A stretch of 64,000 nt of DNA from Pyrinomonadaceae bacterium (GTDB lineage Bacteria; Acidobacteriota; Blastocatellia; Pyrinomonadales; Pyrinomonadaceae): assembly GCA_023717565.1 (NCBI GenBank), contig JAMQPI010000675.1, positions 658-64,657 on the forward strand, given 5' to 3'. Shown here one piece after another: positions 17,751 to 27,049 of the stretch. The notes beneath the pieces are model-generated. The model was not told the DNA's origin. It worked only from the letters and a program-made list of their open reading frames with translations, and did not search any database. Numbering within the stretch: the first letter of the stretch is position 1; each line of letters opens with the position of its first letter. A program made the position numbers and the translations under genes.

Positions 17751-19172
17751 CTAGGCAGCAGGTGGCGCCAAAAGAGCCCTTCTGGTGTCTTCAGGTAACT
17801 CCGAAATCACCGCCCTAAACTTTCCGTTGGCAGTGCGTGGAACTTCGTCTACGCGCTCGAGCGTTACGTGTACGTTTCCCAAGTGAGAGCGCAGTCTTGC
17901 AATCAACGACTCCGCGGCTGCGTTCGTAAACTCAGTTGCCGGAACGTATTTGACACGGATGCGATCGAGCGATTCCTGAATAATCTGGGCTTCACGAATC
18001 GGTAAGTCGCTTTTGAACACTGGATCGAGTCGACCAATTCGCCGTCCGTCCTTCGTAAAGATCACGTCATCGAGTCTGCCATCTACTGACGCCAGCACCG
18101 GCAACATTCGGCCACAGGAGCACGGATCCGATTTCGGCGCTAGCGTTACGCGATCGCCAACTCTATATCGGATTAGCGGCATGTCCATATTAAGGAGACC
18201 GGTAGAAACCAACTCGCCTGCATTCCCGTTGGGCTTATGCGGGTCGTCGCTTACGATCTCTGTGTGGCCAACATCGGGCCACAGGTGCAACCGGCCGTTT
18301 TCGCATTCGCTGGCGGCGGCAGTGATCTCTGCCATGCCATAAGTTTCGCGAACAGAACATTGAAACGCTCGCTCGATCGCGGCCCGCTGGTAGCCGAAAA
18401 CTGGTTCCGCATTCGTGAGAGCAACCGTCATCTTTAGATCGTTCCTGCCCTGTCGCAACGCTTCCTGGGCAAGTTCGTAAAGCGAAGACGAGTATCCGTA
18501 CAGATAGGTGATACGATAGCGGCTAAGAGCGTCCAAATAATGCGGCAACAGATCAGGAGCCAGGTGATAAGACGACATGTAAAGCTGATTGAGCGCAGAG
18601 TTCCACACCCAGAACGGCGGTCGCCTCAACCGAACGGATGTAACCAACTGCCCGCCGAGGATCGCCCAACGCTCATGACGTGAGAGTCCATACCACCGTC
18701 GGCACCGGGCTTCAAATAACGCATACCATGCACGCTCAGTGCTTTTGCTCCTCCACAGATCCAACGACGTGCCGGTTGTGCCGCTAGTGTGCAGATGCTT
18801 CATTCGGCGAGGGTCAACGTCTTCGGCGATGAAAGCGCCGGGGTTCTCGCGCAGCGAATCCTTTTCCAAAATCGGCCAGTTCTCCAGCTGTTCCCAGGAT
18901 GACTGATCACCGCGACGTCGCCGTAGAGACCATAGGTCACGATAATAAGGAACTTTCGTCGCCGCCCGATTGAGTAGCAATCCGAGCTGCCGTTCTTGCC
19001 ATGTCTTCCACTGCTGAGCCTCCCAGTAATCGCGGTCGAGGGCCTCGGCGACTAATCCCTCGGTCTCTGGCCCATATCGCCAGGAACGCAGGGTGAGACC
19101 TCGCATGCTCGCGGCAGCAGAACGCACTGATGACGGCAAGCGATGATAAACCTCCATTAGAGCTTCACTCAT
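17751..19172 (-). CDS. Adenylate-forming enzyme, PaaK/CapK/F390-synthetase-like
   Basis: AMP-binding motif HTSGTTG. Length and layout match phenylacetate-CoA-ligase-like CapK proteins of capsule loci. Confidence 0.75.
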   Translation of the reverse strand: MSEALMEVYHRLPSSVRSAAASMRGLTLRSWRYGPETEGLVAEALDRDYWEAQQWKTWQERQLGLLLNRAATKVPYYRDLWSLRRRRGDQSSWEQLENWPILEKDSLRENPGAFIAEDVDPRRMKHLHTSGTTGTSLDLWRSKSTERAWYALFEARCRRWYGLSRHERWAILGGQLVTSVRLRRPPFWVWNSALNQLYMSSYHLAPDLLPHYLDALSRYRITYLYGYSSSLYELAQEALRQGRNDLKMTVALTNAEPVFGYQRAAIERAFQCSVRETYGMAEITAAASECENGRLHLWPDVGHTEIVSDDPHKPNGNAGELVSTGLLNMDMPLIRYRVGDRVTLAPKSDPCSCGRMLPVLASVDGRLDDVIFTKDGRRIGRLDPVFKSDLPIREAQIIQESLDRIRVKYVPATEFTNAAAESLIARLRSHLGNVHVTLERVDEVPRTANGKFRAVISELPEDTRRALLAPPAA

Positions 19173-19181
19173 GGCGTCTAA

Positions 19182-21074
19182 TCAGGCGACCCGACCAAGT
19201 GTGGCGACAGATTGAGATGCCCTTTCAGATGAACCCTGGAAGCACGCTTGATACCAAATTGCGATCAACGCCAACTGCCTAACCAGTTCGCCGTTTCTGT
19301 TGTTCCCAGCGAGAAAACTCTCGATCGCTTTCCTTAACAAGCTTCGCTCAAAGGGACCGTGCCGGATAGGATCGAGATCGGGCAGGTCGTGTACCAGACT
19401 CCGTAACTCCGGAACCTGGCGCAGGTAGAGATTCCAAGGTACGGCAAAACCCCATTTTTGGTGATTGAGAACATTGTCAGGCAACCTGTCGCCGACGGCC
19501 TGTCGTAAGAGGTGTTTGCTCTGGCGACCCGCGAATAGTGTCGATGTCGGTAGCGATGCCAGACCCTCAACCAATCGATAATCAAGGAAGGGTACGCGGC
19601 ACTCGATCGAGGCGCCCATTGTCATGCGATCGTTCCGATCCAGAATCGAGCAAAGAAACGTGTGCTGGTCGTAGTACATTACTTGACGCACGGGATCTCC
19701 AGGATATGTCTCGCGAGCCTCTGAGAATACCTGTTGGCGATAAGGTAAAGACAACGTCGTGTCCATCCCGAGCGCTGCAAGATCGTCAGGCAATACCTCG
19801 CAGGAATTGAATAAGACAAAAAGATCAGTTGATCCAAGATTGAGGAAACGTCCCAGTTTTCCCAATCGTCCGTTAACACCTAACCGTGGAAGCAGACGTG
19901 GCAGAACGGGTCGTGCGGCATCTAGCAGAGCTGGATATCTCAGTGGTCGGTAGCGAACGTAACCACCCAGCGTCTCGTCGCCTCCCTCCCCCGACAGCAG
20001 AACCGTTACCGATGATTTGGCATACTCCGAGATTGCCCAGAGGTGCAGATCGTTGCCGTGTACCAGCGGCTCGTCGTTTAGCCGCGACGCATTTTGCAAA
20101 CGATCGAGCAAATCCCCGGGTGAAACAAAGAGTTCATGATGGTCCATCCGCCATCGATCAGCTACCTCTTGTGCAAGCGAACCTTCATCGTAGCGAGGCT
20201 CACGGAAGCGGACTGTGTAACTTGAGACGCCGGCTCCAGTTTTCAAGGCCAAAGACGCCGCGACACTGCCAGAATCGAGTCCTCCGCTTAACAAGACACC
20301 GACAGGGACGTCGGCAATTCGTCGGGCATTTACAGCGTCATCGAAGGTCTCCCGAAACCAATTAACCGCGTCTTGTGGTGGCTCGATCTCTCGAGCTCGT
20401 TCCCCAAGATTCCACCAACGTCGTGTCTGCGTCAGATTTTCCTTCCACAGTAGATAGCGTCCCGGCAGGACTCTCTTCACACCGGTATAGGGTGTTCGCT
20501 CGCCTGCCACGTATCGGAAGTAGAGCAACTCCTCCCAGGTCTCCGGATCGAATTGCTTCCTGACACCGGCAGCAAATAGTGATTTTGCCTCTGAAGCAAA
20601 GTAGAGCGCGCCGTCTTGTTCAGCGTAATAAAGCGGCTTGACTCCCATGCGGTCTCGCGCCAGGAAAAGGGTTTGTTCCCGGTCATCCCAAATGGCAATA
20701 GCGAACATGCCGTTTAGCCGTTGCAGCATGTCTGGACCATGCTCGACGTACAGCTTGAGAACAACCTCGGTGTCCGAGTCCGAGCGAAAGCAGTGGCCCC
20801 GTGTTTCGAGATCTCGTCTCAATTCCCTGAAGTTATAAACCTCGCCGTTGTACGTGATCGCGTAGCGGCCATCCTCAGTGATCATTGGCATGTGACCACG
20901 CTCTGAAAGATCCAGTATCGAAAGGCGCCTCGAACCGAAGGACATTCCCGGACGTCTGCAATGACCGGAATCGTCTGGCCCGCGATGGGCCTGTAAGTCG
21001 CGCATGACGATTAGTACGGCCTCGTCAATTGGGTAGGTTCCTGGAGCGGAAACTACACCACAAATGCCACACAT
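19182..21074 (-). CDS. Glutamine-dependent amidotransferase of the asparagine synthetase B family
   Basis: MCGICGV (Cys2 nucleophile). PP-loop LSGGLDSGS. Confidence 0.9.
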   Translation of the reverse strand: MCGICGVVSAPGTYPIDEAVLIVMRDLQAHRGPDDSGHCRRPGMSFGSRRLSILDLSERGHMPMITEDGRYAITYNGEVYNFRELRRDLETRGHCFRSDSDTEVVLKLYVEHGPDMLQRLNGMFAIAIWDDREQTLFLARDRMGVKPLYYAEQDGALYFASEAKSLFAAGVRKQFDPETWEELLYFRYVAGERTPYTGVKRVLPGRYLLWKENLTQTRRWWNLGERAREIEPPQDAVNWFRETFDDAVNARRIADVPVGVLLSGGLDSGSVAASLALKTGAGVSSYTVRFREPRYDEGSLAQEVADRWRMDHHELFVSPGDLLDRLQNASRLNDEPLVHGNDLHLWAISEYAKSSVTVLLSGEGGDETLGGYVRYRPLRYPALLDAARPVLPRLLPRLGVNGRLGKLGRFLNLGSTDLFVLFNSCEVLPDDLAALGMDTTLSLPYRQQVFSEARETYPGDPVRQVMYYDQHTFLCSILDRNDRMTMGASIECRVPFLDYRLVEGLASLPTSTLFAGRQSKHLLRQAVGDRLPDNVLNHQKWGFAVPWNLYLRQVPELRSLVHDLPDLDPIRHGPFERSLLRKAIESFLAGNNRNGELVRQLALIAIWYQACFQGSSERASQSVATLGRVA

Positions 21075-22331
21075 TCAGAGAACCTCCGTGCTGGTCTGCC
21101 GCTGGCCGTTGGACAGGTAAGCGTCATTGCTGACAACGCCAGGCGAATGCATAACTCCATTAGTTCGCCGACTCGCCATCAGGTCATCAAACAACTGATC
21201 CCATTGAGGACGTACTTGTTCCCACGAAAATCGCCGCGCAAGTTGCCTTCCGCTTCTGGAAAGTGACTCCGCCAGTTCCGAATGCTTGACCAACTCCTTG
21301 ATCGCTTGAGCCATGGCCCGGTCATCATCGTCCGGCACAAGCAGACCGGTTTTGCAATGAGTTAGCAGATCGGGAACTCCTCCAACGTTAGTGCTAACCA
21401 CCGGCAAACCCATTGCCGATGCTTCGAGCACTGCAATTGGAGTGTTATCAATTCGATTTGTATTGATATAGACATCGGCTGCTTCAAATTCGCGAATCTT
21501 CGCATCCATACATAGAAAGCCAGGGAACCGGACATGTCCTGCCAGTCCCAGGTTTGTCGCGAAGTCCTTTACTTCATTCTCCATACCCTTATCTGGGCCG
21601 GCCATCACCAGCGTGGCGGTCGGAAAATCTTCGAGGACGCGAGCCAACACGCGGACAGCCATGCGCGGATTCCATGTCTCATGAAAACTGCGCATCCAGA
21701 ACAACCTTGGACCGACACCTTTACGATGCCGAAATGGGTACGCCGGCAATTCGATCACGTTAGGAATGACCTGCGAATGAAACCCCAACTTCTTGGTTGA
21801 GCGGCCGAGAAACTCCGTGGGAGTGACGAGGACATCTGCGCGAGAAAGCACACGACGAGCCCACTTGAAGTATCGATCCATGAATTCCGGTAGCGCTCCG
21901 CCATGCAGCCACATCACTAGGGGAATGTTGAAGCGGGAGCTTAGCCAGCTGGCAGCGTCTTCGACAACAAAACTCGGCCCGCCATACACTTCAAGGATCA
22001 CCATATCGATGTGATGACGTTGACGTGCAATAGTCGTCAGGATGTCGACCATTCGGCGATAGCGGTTAAGGTATGCTGATGCCGACGTAACGGAGTAGTG
22101 CTCTCGTTCGAATAAATCGCATAACACCTGTCCCTGTTGTGTAATATGACCGGGGTTCCGACCCACCATTGATCCAACAAAACAAAGACGCGGGCTGGTG
22201 GCAGGCAACTGGACTTCTTGCGACCATTCCGGCTGGCCGACGTTCTGACGGCAGGAGCCAGTGGACTTCGCACCAGTCACACGAGGCCCGTCGTCAGTCA
22301 TGATCTGTCTCGGTTGAATGTTCGAACTCAT
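21075..22331 (-). CDS. GT-B glycosyltransferase (family 4/1 type)
   Basis: C-terminal motif EASAMGLPVVSTNVGGVPDLL. Confidence 0.85.
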   Translation of the reverse strand: MSSNIQPRQIMTDDGPRVTGAKSTGSCRQNVGQPEWSQEVQLPATSPRLCFVGSMVGRNPGHITQQGQVLCDLFEREHYSVTSASAYLNRYRRMVDILTTIARQRHHIDMVILEVYGGPSFVVEDAASWLSSRFNIPLVMWLHGGALPEFMDRYFKWARRVLSRADVLVTPTEFLGRSTKKLGFHSQVIPNVIELPAYPFRHRKGVGPRLFWMRSFHETWNPRMAVRVLARVLEDFPTATLVMAGPDKGMENEVKDFATNLGLAGHVRFPGFLCMDAKIREFEAADVYINTNRIDNTPIAVLEASAMGLPVVSTNVGGVPDLLTHCKTGLLVPDDDDRAMAQAIKELVKHSELAESLSRSGRQLARRFSWEQVRPQWDQLFDDLMASRRTNGVMHSPGVVSNDAYLSNGQRQTSTEVL

Positions 22332-23791
22332 TTGGAAGGTATGCCAAGATCCGAACTGACCACGCCTCGTCGCGCCAATCTCAACATGCTTCGACGGTTA
22401 GTCGTGGTAAGTGCGCGAGGGTTCCCCGCAGATTGAGATCGACTCTCTTGATCAGAAACAACTGTGGCAAAAGATAGTCCGAAGGCAAAGGAAGGCACAG
22501 CTAACCGCATGGCTTTATCGAGCATAAATAACAAACTGAAGCTTGCCATCGAACCAGCTAAAGCCTTGCCTTGGCTTCCGCGAGCGCGTCTTACTGATTG
22601 CACTGCTGAGAACACCAGAATACCAAGCGCTGTTAGACCGAAAATGCCATGCTCCGCAAGAAGTCTGGTGAGTTCCGTGTGCGGCATGCGCCGGTGCAGT
22701 GCAGCCATTGCGGGACCTACACCAAGGATTGGATTCTCCTGCCACAGTAAGAGATCAGACCGAATTATCGTGTCGCGGTTTGCAACATTTACGTTCTTGA
22801 AGCGGGTTGAGAGTGCGCCACCTGTGAAATTCTCCAAATGAGGTAGCACCACAAAGAACGCAACCAAAAGGATTGCACCGACCGCGATGATTACCCGACC
22901 ACGTGACCGGCGATCTCGTAGCAAATAAAAACTAGCCAGGACAGTGGAGCCGGCCGCGTTATACAGACCACCGCGGGAAAAGGTTAGCGCGGCTTGAATA
23001 CTCAAAAATCCAAGCACCGCGAAGATCATGATCCTGTTAATCCAGCCCGCTTTGTTTGTTAGCAGCCAAAGAAACGCAAACACCACTCCCATACCCAGAG
23101 CTCCCGCTACTTGGTTGGGACCAAAGCCGCCGCTAGTGGCGAAGTTCGACTCGTCGGTGAACTTCAGATCGGTCTGGGTGAGAGTAGTTGACAGTGCAAC
23201 TGTGGCCACGCTCAAGGTTGGGCAAAGTAGCGACAAGAATATGCGCTGCAACTGATTTGTTGACAGTTTCAACTGGGCGAAGAAACACCAGGCCGCCGCC
23301 AGAGCCAGGGGGCCAGACAGATAGAAACTCAACGCCTTCTGCAGCTCCGGTGAGTTGCCCAGTGCCAATATAGTCAGCACCGTTGATGGCATCAGCAGCC
23401 CAAAATACACAAGCGGCATCTTGGCTAATCTGCGACGACGACTAAGCAAAAGAAAGAGTATGAAGATTCCGGAGGTAGCGTATTTTCCAAATTCCCAGAA
23501 GACCTGCGATTTCGTCATCCTCCACAAGACTTCAGCACCGACTATGTAGGCGGCAGCATAAGCTACCCGCTGGGGTTGGTTCCGAGCCGCCCAGTAGATA
23601 CCCAATGAAACCAAAATCAGGCCGTGGACTGTCGAGACTACAGGGAGCTTGTGTATGACTAGCGCCAAAGGGATATGGAGCGCCAATAAAGTGAAGGCAA
23701 ACCAGTCCAAGTCTCGGACAGAAGCCCGTCGAGAAATGCGGCCCGCTCGCCTTGGCGCGAGGGTCAATTGAGTCGAAACAACGCTACTCAT
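22328..23791 (-). CDS. O-antigen ligase / Wzy-like polytopic membrane protein
   Basis: Many predicted TM helices. TFSRGG motif as in the Wzy_C/O-antigen-ligase family. 4-nt overlap with the next gene. Confidence 0.7.
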   Translation of the reverse strand: MSSVVSTQLTLAPRRAGRISRRASVRDLDWFAFTLLALHIPLALVIHKLPVVSTVHGLILVSLGIYWAARNQPQRVAYAAAYIVGAEVLWRMTKSQVFWEFGKYATSGIFILFLLLSRRRRLAKMPLVYFGLLMPSTVLTILALGNSPELQKALSFYLSGPLALAAAWCFFAQLKLSTNQLQRIFLSLLCPTLSVATVALSTTLTQTDLKFTDESNFATSGGFGPNQVAGALGMGVVFAFLWLLTNKAGWINRIMIFAVLGFLSIQAALTFSRGGLYNAAGSTVLASFYLLRDRRSRGRVIIAVGAILLVAFFVVLPHLENFTGGALSTRFKNVNVANRDTIIRSDLLLWQENPILGVGPAMAALHRRMPHTELTRLLAEHGIFGLTALGILVFSAVQSVRRARGSQGKALAGSMASFSLLFMLDKAMRLAVPSFAFGLSFATVVSDQESRSQSAGNPRALTTTNRRSMLRLARRGVVSSDLGIPSK

Positions 23792-24914
23792 GCTTGAGAA
23801 ACCGCCCGTAAAGTGCCATCAGCTGTTCCCTCAGTGCTTTGGGAGAATGGAAGCGGGCGACGTACTCTTGTCCTTTGTGGCCCAGCGCGGCTCTGAGACT
23901 GCGGTCATCGATCATCCTAAGGGTGGCTCGTGTCAGACCATCGGCGTCATTAGCTTCGACCATCAGGCCTCTATCTTGTCCAACGATTTCCGGAACTCCG
24001 CCCACGCGAGTAACCACCGCGGGCAGACCGCAGGCCATGGCCTCGAGCAGAACATTTGGCGTTCCCTCCCAGTCCGAGGTGAGCATCAGAAAATCGGACT
24101 TGTAATAGAAAGGCTGGACGTCTTTGAGCTCGCCCAAAAACTCGACATGGTCTCGGCCCAGGCCCAGTTGCGCTGCAAGTCGCTCTAAGTCTTTCCTTAG
24201 GGGACCGTCTCCCGCGATTCTCGCGGTGAGTGTCAGGTCGGGGCGCTCCTTAACAATCATTCGAAGCGTTCGCAGGAAGCGATCCGCTCTCTTTTCTTCT
24301 GTTAAGCGGCCAGCAAAGAGAATCCGCACAGCGCCAGCACCATTCCCGTTGCCATTACCACTGTACCCGTTCTTAGGTGTGTTGAGTTTCTTGCTGACTC
24401 CCTTTAGACTCACGACATTAGGCACAACGTCGATCTGATCAGGATGAATTCCTTTGTCTAGCGCTCTTCGGCGCGCCAGTTTGGAGTTGGTGATTAACAG
24501 TCCTGGCAAGTGAAGTTGGCCCCACCCCATAATTCCGCTGCATTTGAGTTCGCTCGTCAGGTCGCTCCTGATAGCGCCGATGGACCTGATACCAAGCAAC
24601 CGACCCGCAACCGCTGCATACAAGTTTGTGTAGAAGTGAGCACTCTGAACGATGTTCGCGGGTTGATGGCGCAGCTCTTGAAGGATGCGGAAAAGCCTGA
24701 TGGGTCTCCAGCGCGATTCACCGACCCAGACCACCGAAACTCCGATCGCGCGTATCTCTTCCTCTAACGCCTCTCCCTTTGTCAGACAGAGCACGCGAGT
24801 ATTGACTCCCTCACTCTTTAGCGCCGTAAGCATGTAAATCAGCTGCCGCTCGGCGCCACCCCGGGCAAGAGTCCCCGCGATAAAGCAAACCTTCAAATCT
24901 TTGAGATCAACCAT
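23784..24914 (-). CDS. GT-B glycosyltransferase, family 4
   Basis: EAMACGLPAVVTRVGGVPEIV. Start placed at ATG 24914 (MVDLKDLKVCFIAG), which overlaps the upstream stop by 8 nt. The ORF-track start at 25079 would overlap the upstream gene by 173 nt. Confidence 0.85.
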   Translation of the reverse strand: MVDLKDLKVCFIAGTLARGGAERQLIYMLTALKSEGVNTRVLCLTKGEALEEEIRAIGVSVVWVGESRWRPIRLFRILQELRHQPANIVQSAHFYTNLYAAVAGRLLGIRSIGAIRSDLTSELKCSGIMGWGQLHLPGLLITNSKLARRRALDKGIHPDQIDVVPNVVSLKGVSKKLNTPKNGYSGNGNGNGAGAVRILFAGRLTEEKRADRFLRTLRMIVKERPDLTLTARIAGDGPLRKDLERLAAQLGLGRDHVEFLGELKDVQPFYYKSDFLMLTSDWEGTPNVLLEAMACGLPAVVTRVGGVPEIVGQDRGLMVEANDADGLTRATLRMIDDRSLRAALGHKGQEYVARFHSPKALREQLMALYGRFLKHE

Positions 24915-26097
24915 CGGCTCGCAGTAGCTCCCATTCCCTGCGCGCCAACTCACCCCAGGCGGAGCGAAGTTGCTCAGCAATCGTGTCGCGCCAACGTTCG
25001 AGCGAAAACCGCCTGGCAGTTTCCAGAGCCATTGCCGACATAGAGGTGTAGCGATCACTGTTCGAAAGAATTCGGACAATGGATTCAGCTACAGCTTCTG
25101 GAGTAGCCGTGTCGAGTAATTCACCACCGCCGCCTCCGATTAGTTCGGGCAAGACAGACACGCGCGTTGTGATCACCGGAAGACCGCACGCCAAAGCTTC
25201 GAGCACCACCTTAGGGAATCCCTCCGAGGCAGTTGTTGGATAACAGAAAAGGTCAGCCTGTTTAAGCAGGTTGACGACGGCGACATGGTCCAGCTTTCCG
25301 TGAAATTCGACGCGGTCGCTTACGCCAAGGCTTGCCGCCAGACTGCGGAACTCCACCAACGAAGCCCCGTCACCAACAACATCCAAGCTGACCTTAGGAT
25401 GATTCTTCAGAATTAGTGGTAAGGATTGAATAACAACGCCAGTTCCTTTCTCGCGATCCTGACGACAAACGATGATTAGTCTCCCCCGAGGGGAGGAATG
25501 TAATTCGCGAGCCGCGGCGCAAGTTCGTAATTCGTCTTCTGTGAGCGTCGTGGAGAATATCCAGCGTATTGCCGAGTTTTTTCGGGATGGTGGCTGCGGT
25601 GACCCTCCCGTCGCTAGCATCACCTGCTTGCCGCCAGCGAACATTTCCATAAACGCCTTCCAAAAATGTTCTGCTTTGGTAACCGGCTTTAGCCAGTTAC
25701 CGCAGTGGCGCACGAAAAGCCGCTTTCTCAGAACAAAGGCCAACAGCATCCCGATAGTCCCGATATCACCAGGAATCGGGGCATGGACGGCGTCAGCTTT
25801 CCACAGCTCTCTCAAGATGAGCGGGAAGTTTCCTATTAGCCAGAACAATAGTCCGAGCTTTCTTGTCAGGCCTCGTCCCCTGGGCATGCCTAAGCGCGCG
25901 ATCGAAAGATTGTGACCCTCGAGTTGGATTTCTCCGTTTCGCTTCTCTGGATCAGCACAGGGAACCAACAAGGTGGTCGAGTCAAAAAGCTCCGAGAGTG
26001 CGCGCATCTGAAACGGAAACCCGCCGTCCGTGGCATAACCCGAAGGTGAATCTGCCGAGGACCAACACGGCTTATGTGAAATAACTACCAGGCGCAT
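24907..26097 (-). CDS. GT-B glycosyltransferase, family 4
   Basis: EGFPKVVLEALACGLPVITTRVSVLPELI. Confidence 0.85.
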   Translation of the reverse strand: MRLVVISHKPCWSSADSPSGYATDGGFPFQMRALSELFDSTTLLVPCADPEKRNGEIQLEGHNLSIARLGMPRGRGLTRKLGLLFWLIGNFPLILRELWKADAVHAPIPGDIGTIGMLLAFVLRKRLFVRHCGNWLKPVTKAEHFWKAFMEMFAGGKQVMLATGGSPQPPSRKNSAIRWIFSTTLTEDELRTCAAARELHSSPRGRLIIVCRQDREKGTGVVIQSLPLILKNHPKVSLDVVGDGASLVEFRSLAASLGVSDRVEFHGKLDHVAVVNLLKQADLFCYPTTASEGFPKVVLEALACGLPVITTRVSVLPELIGGGGGELLDTATPEAVAESIVRILSNSDRYTSMSAMALETARRFSLERWRDTIAEQLRSAWGELARREWELLRADG

Positions 26098-26104
26098 GGA
26101 GTTG

Positions 26105-27049
26105 CTAAAGGCTAAAGGCTGTACCCCTCATGACGGACCAAAATCCTTCCAATCGTCCTAACAACTCCGAGGCATCGCTCGTCCTGCGCCGACGAATTGC
26201 GGAAGTGCCAACGCGAATAAGTTCAAGACCCTGGTACCGCCAGAAACGCGCTTTATGACTCCACGTCAGTGGGCCTACTATGTCTTGGAATACATAGTAA
26301 TAATTGACCACACACTTGTAGCCAATCTTCCTTCGATCGACGCGACCATTGGGTGAGTTAAGTTCGCTGCAATGAGCGTCCCCACATTGGACGAGTTGCC
26401 ATCTCTTCCCAGCGCGAAGCGAAAGGTGAGCATCCTCAAGCACGCCATAATCACGAAAGAAAGGATCAAATCTGAGTCCAGAATCAAAAACCTCTCGTCG
26501 CCAAACCGCGCAAGCCGTGGTCATGAAGTCAACCTCACGAACACCACTAAAAGGAGGCTGCATGTTGGCATTGATCGGATATCCAGTACGAAAGTCATAT
26601 CGACCCGGCTCAAATGTCGTTAGCATTCGCAGCCGGCGATACCATCGCCATCGTTGAGCGAAGGCTCGATCGAAATGCTGATTAGTACGGTAGCCCACGA
26701 CGCCACCTAGTTTGTGTTCACTGTCTCGCCCAAAGACACTCAGGCTCGCCTCGAAGAAATCGGATTCCAATCTGACATCGTCATCAATCAGGGCGACGAA
26801 AGAACCTCGGGCCCGATCTATGCCTTCGTTCCGTTGAATGGCTGTCCCACCAGAATGCCTCACATAGACACAGTGAAAAGGCAGGTCCCGGGTCATTGAG
26901 CGAACTGTTTCCTCTGTCTCCCGCTCCGACTCAGGGGATCCGTCCACTAAGATGACCTCGGACGGCAGCAATGTCTGCCGAGACAGATTCTCTAGTAGAC
27001 CGGCAACCTCGTGCGACCGGCGAAACGTGGGAGTCACAACTGAAATCAT
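26105..27049 (-). CDS. GT-A glycosyltransferase, family 2
   Basis: ISVVTPTFRRSHEV...VILVDGSP...ALIDDDV (DxD). Confidence 0.85.
   Translation of the reverse strand: MISVVTPTFRRSHEVAGLLENLSRQTLLPSEVILVDGSPESERETEETVRSMTRDLPFHCVYVRHSGGTAIQRNEGIDRARGSFVALIDDDVRLESDFFEASLSVFGRDSEHKLGGVVGYRTNQHFDRAFAQRWRWYRRLRMLTTFEPGRYDFRTGYPINANMQPPFSGVREVDFMTTACAVWRREVFDSGLRFDPFFRDYGVLEDAHLSLRAGKRWQLVQCGDAHCSELNSPNGRVDRRKIGYKCVVNYYYVFQDIVGPLTWSHKARFWRYQGLELIRVGTSAIRRRRTSDASELLGRLEGFWSVMRGTAFSL

Noticed and set aside
24335-24368. Repetitive GGNAAY stretch encoding GNGNGNGAG in a glycosyltransferase.
   Set aside because: It is a short in-frame low-complexity linker between the two Rossmann halves of a GT-B enzyme. 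It is not an independent repeat element.
24915-25079. N-terminal extensions given by the maximal ORFs: 24915..25079, 28567..28656, 43995..44132, 49417..49455, 51031..51108, 57548..57616 and 58866..58970.
   Set aside because: These extensions would overlap the upstream gene by 40-170 nt and add non-homologous, Arg/Trp-rich sequence. Internal ATG/GTG starts give the short overlaps or small gaps seen elsewhere in the array, and family-typical N-termini.
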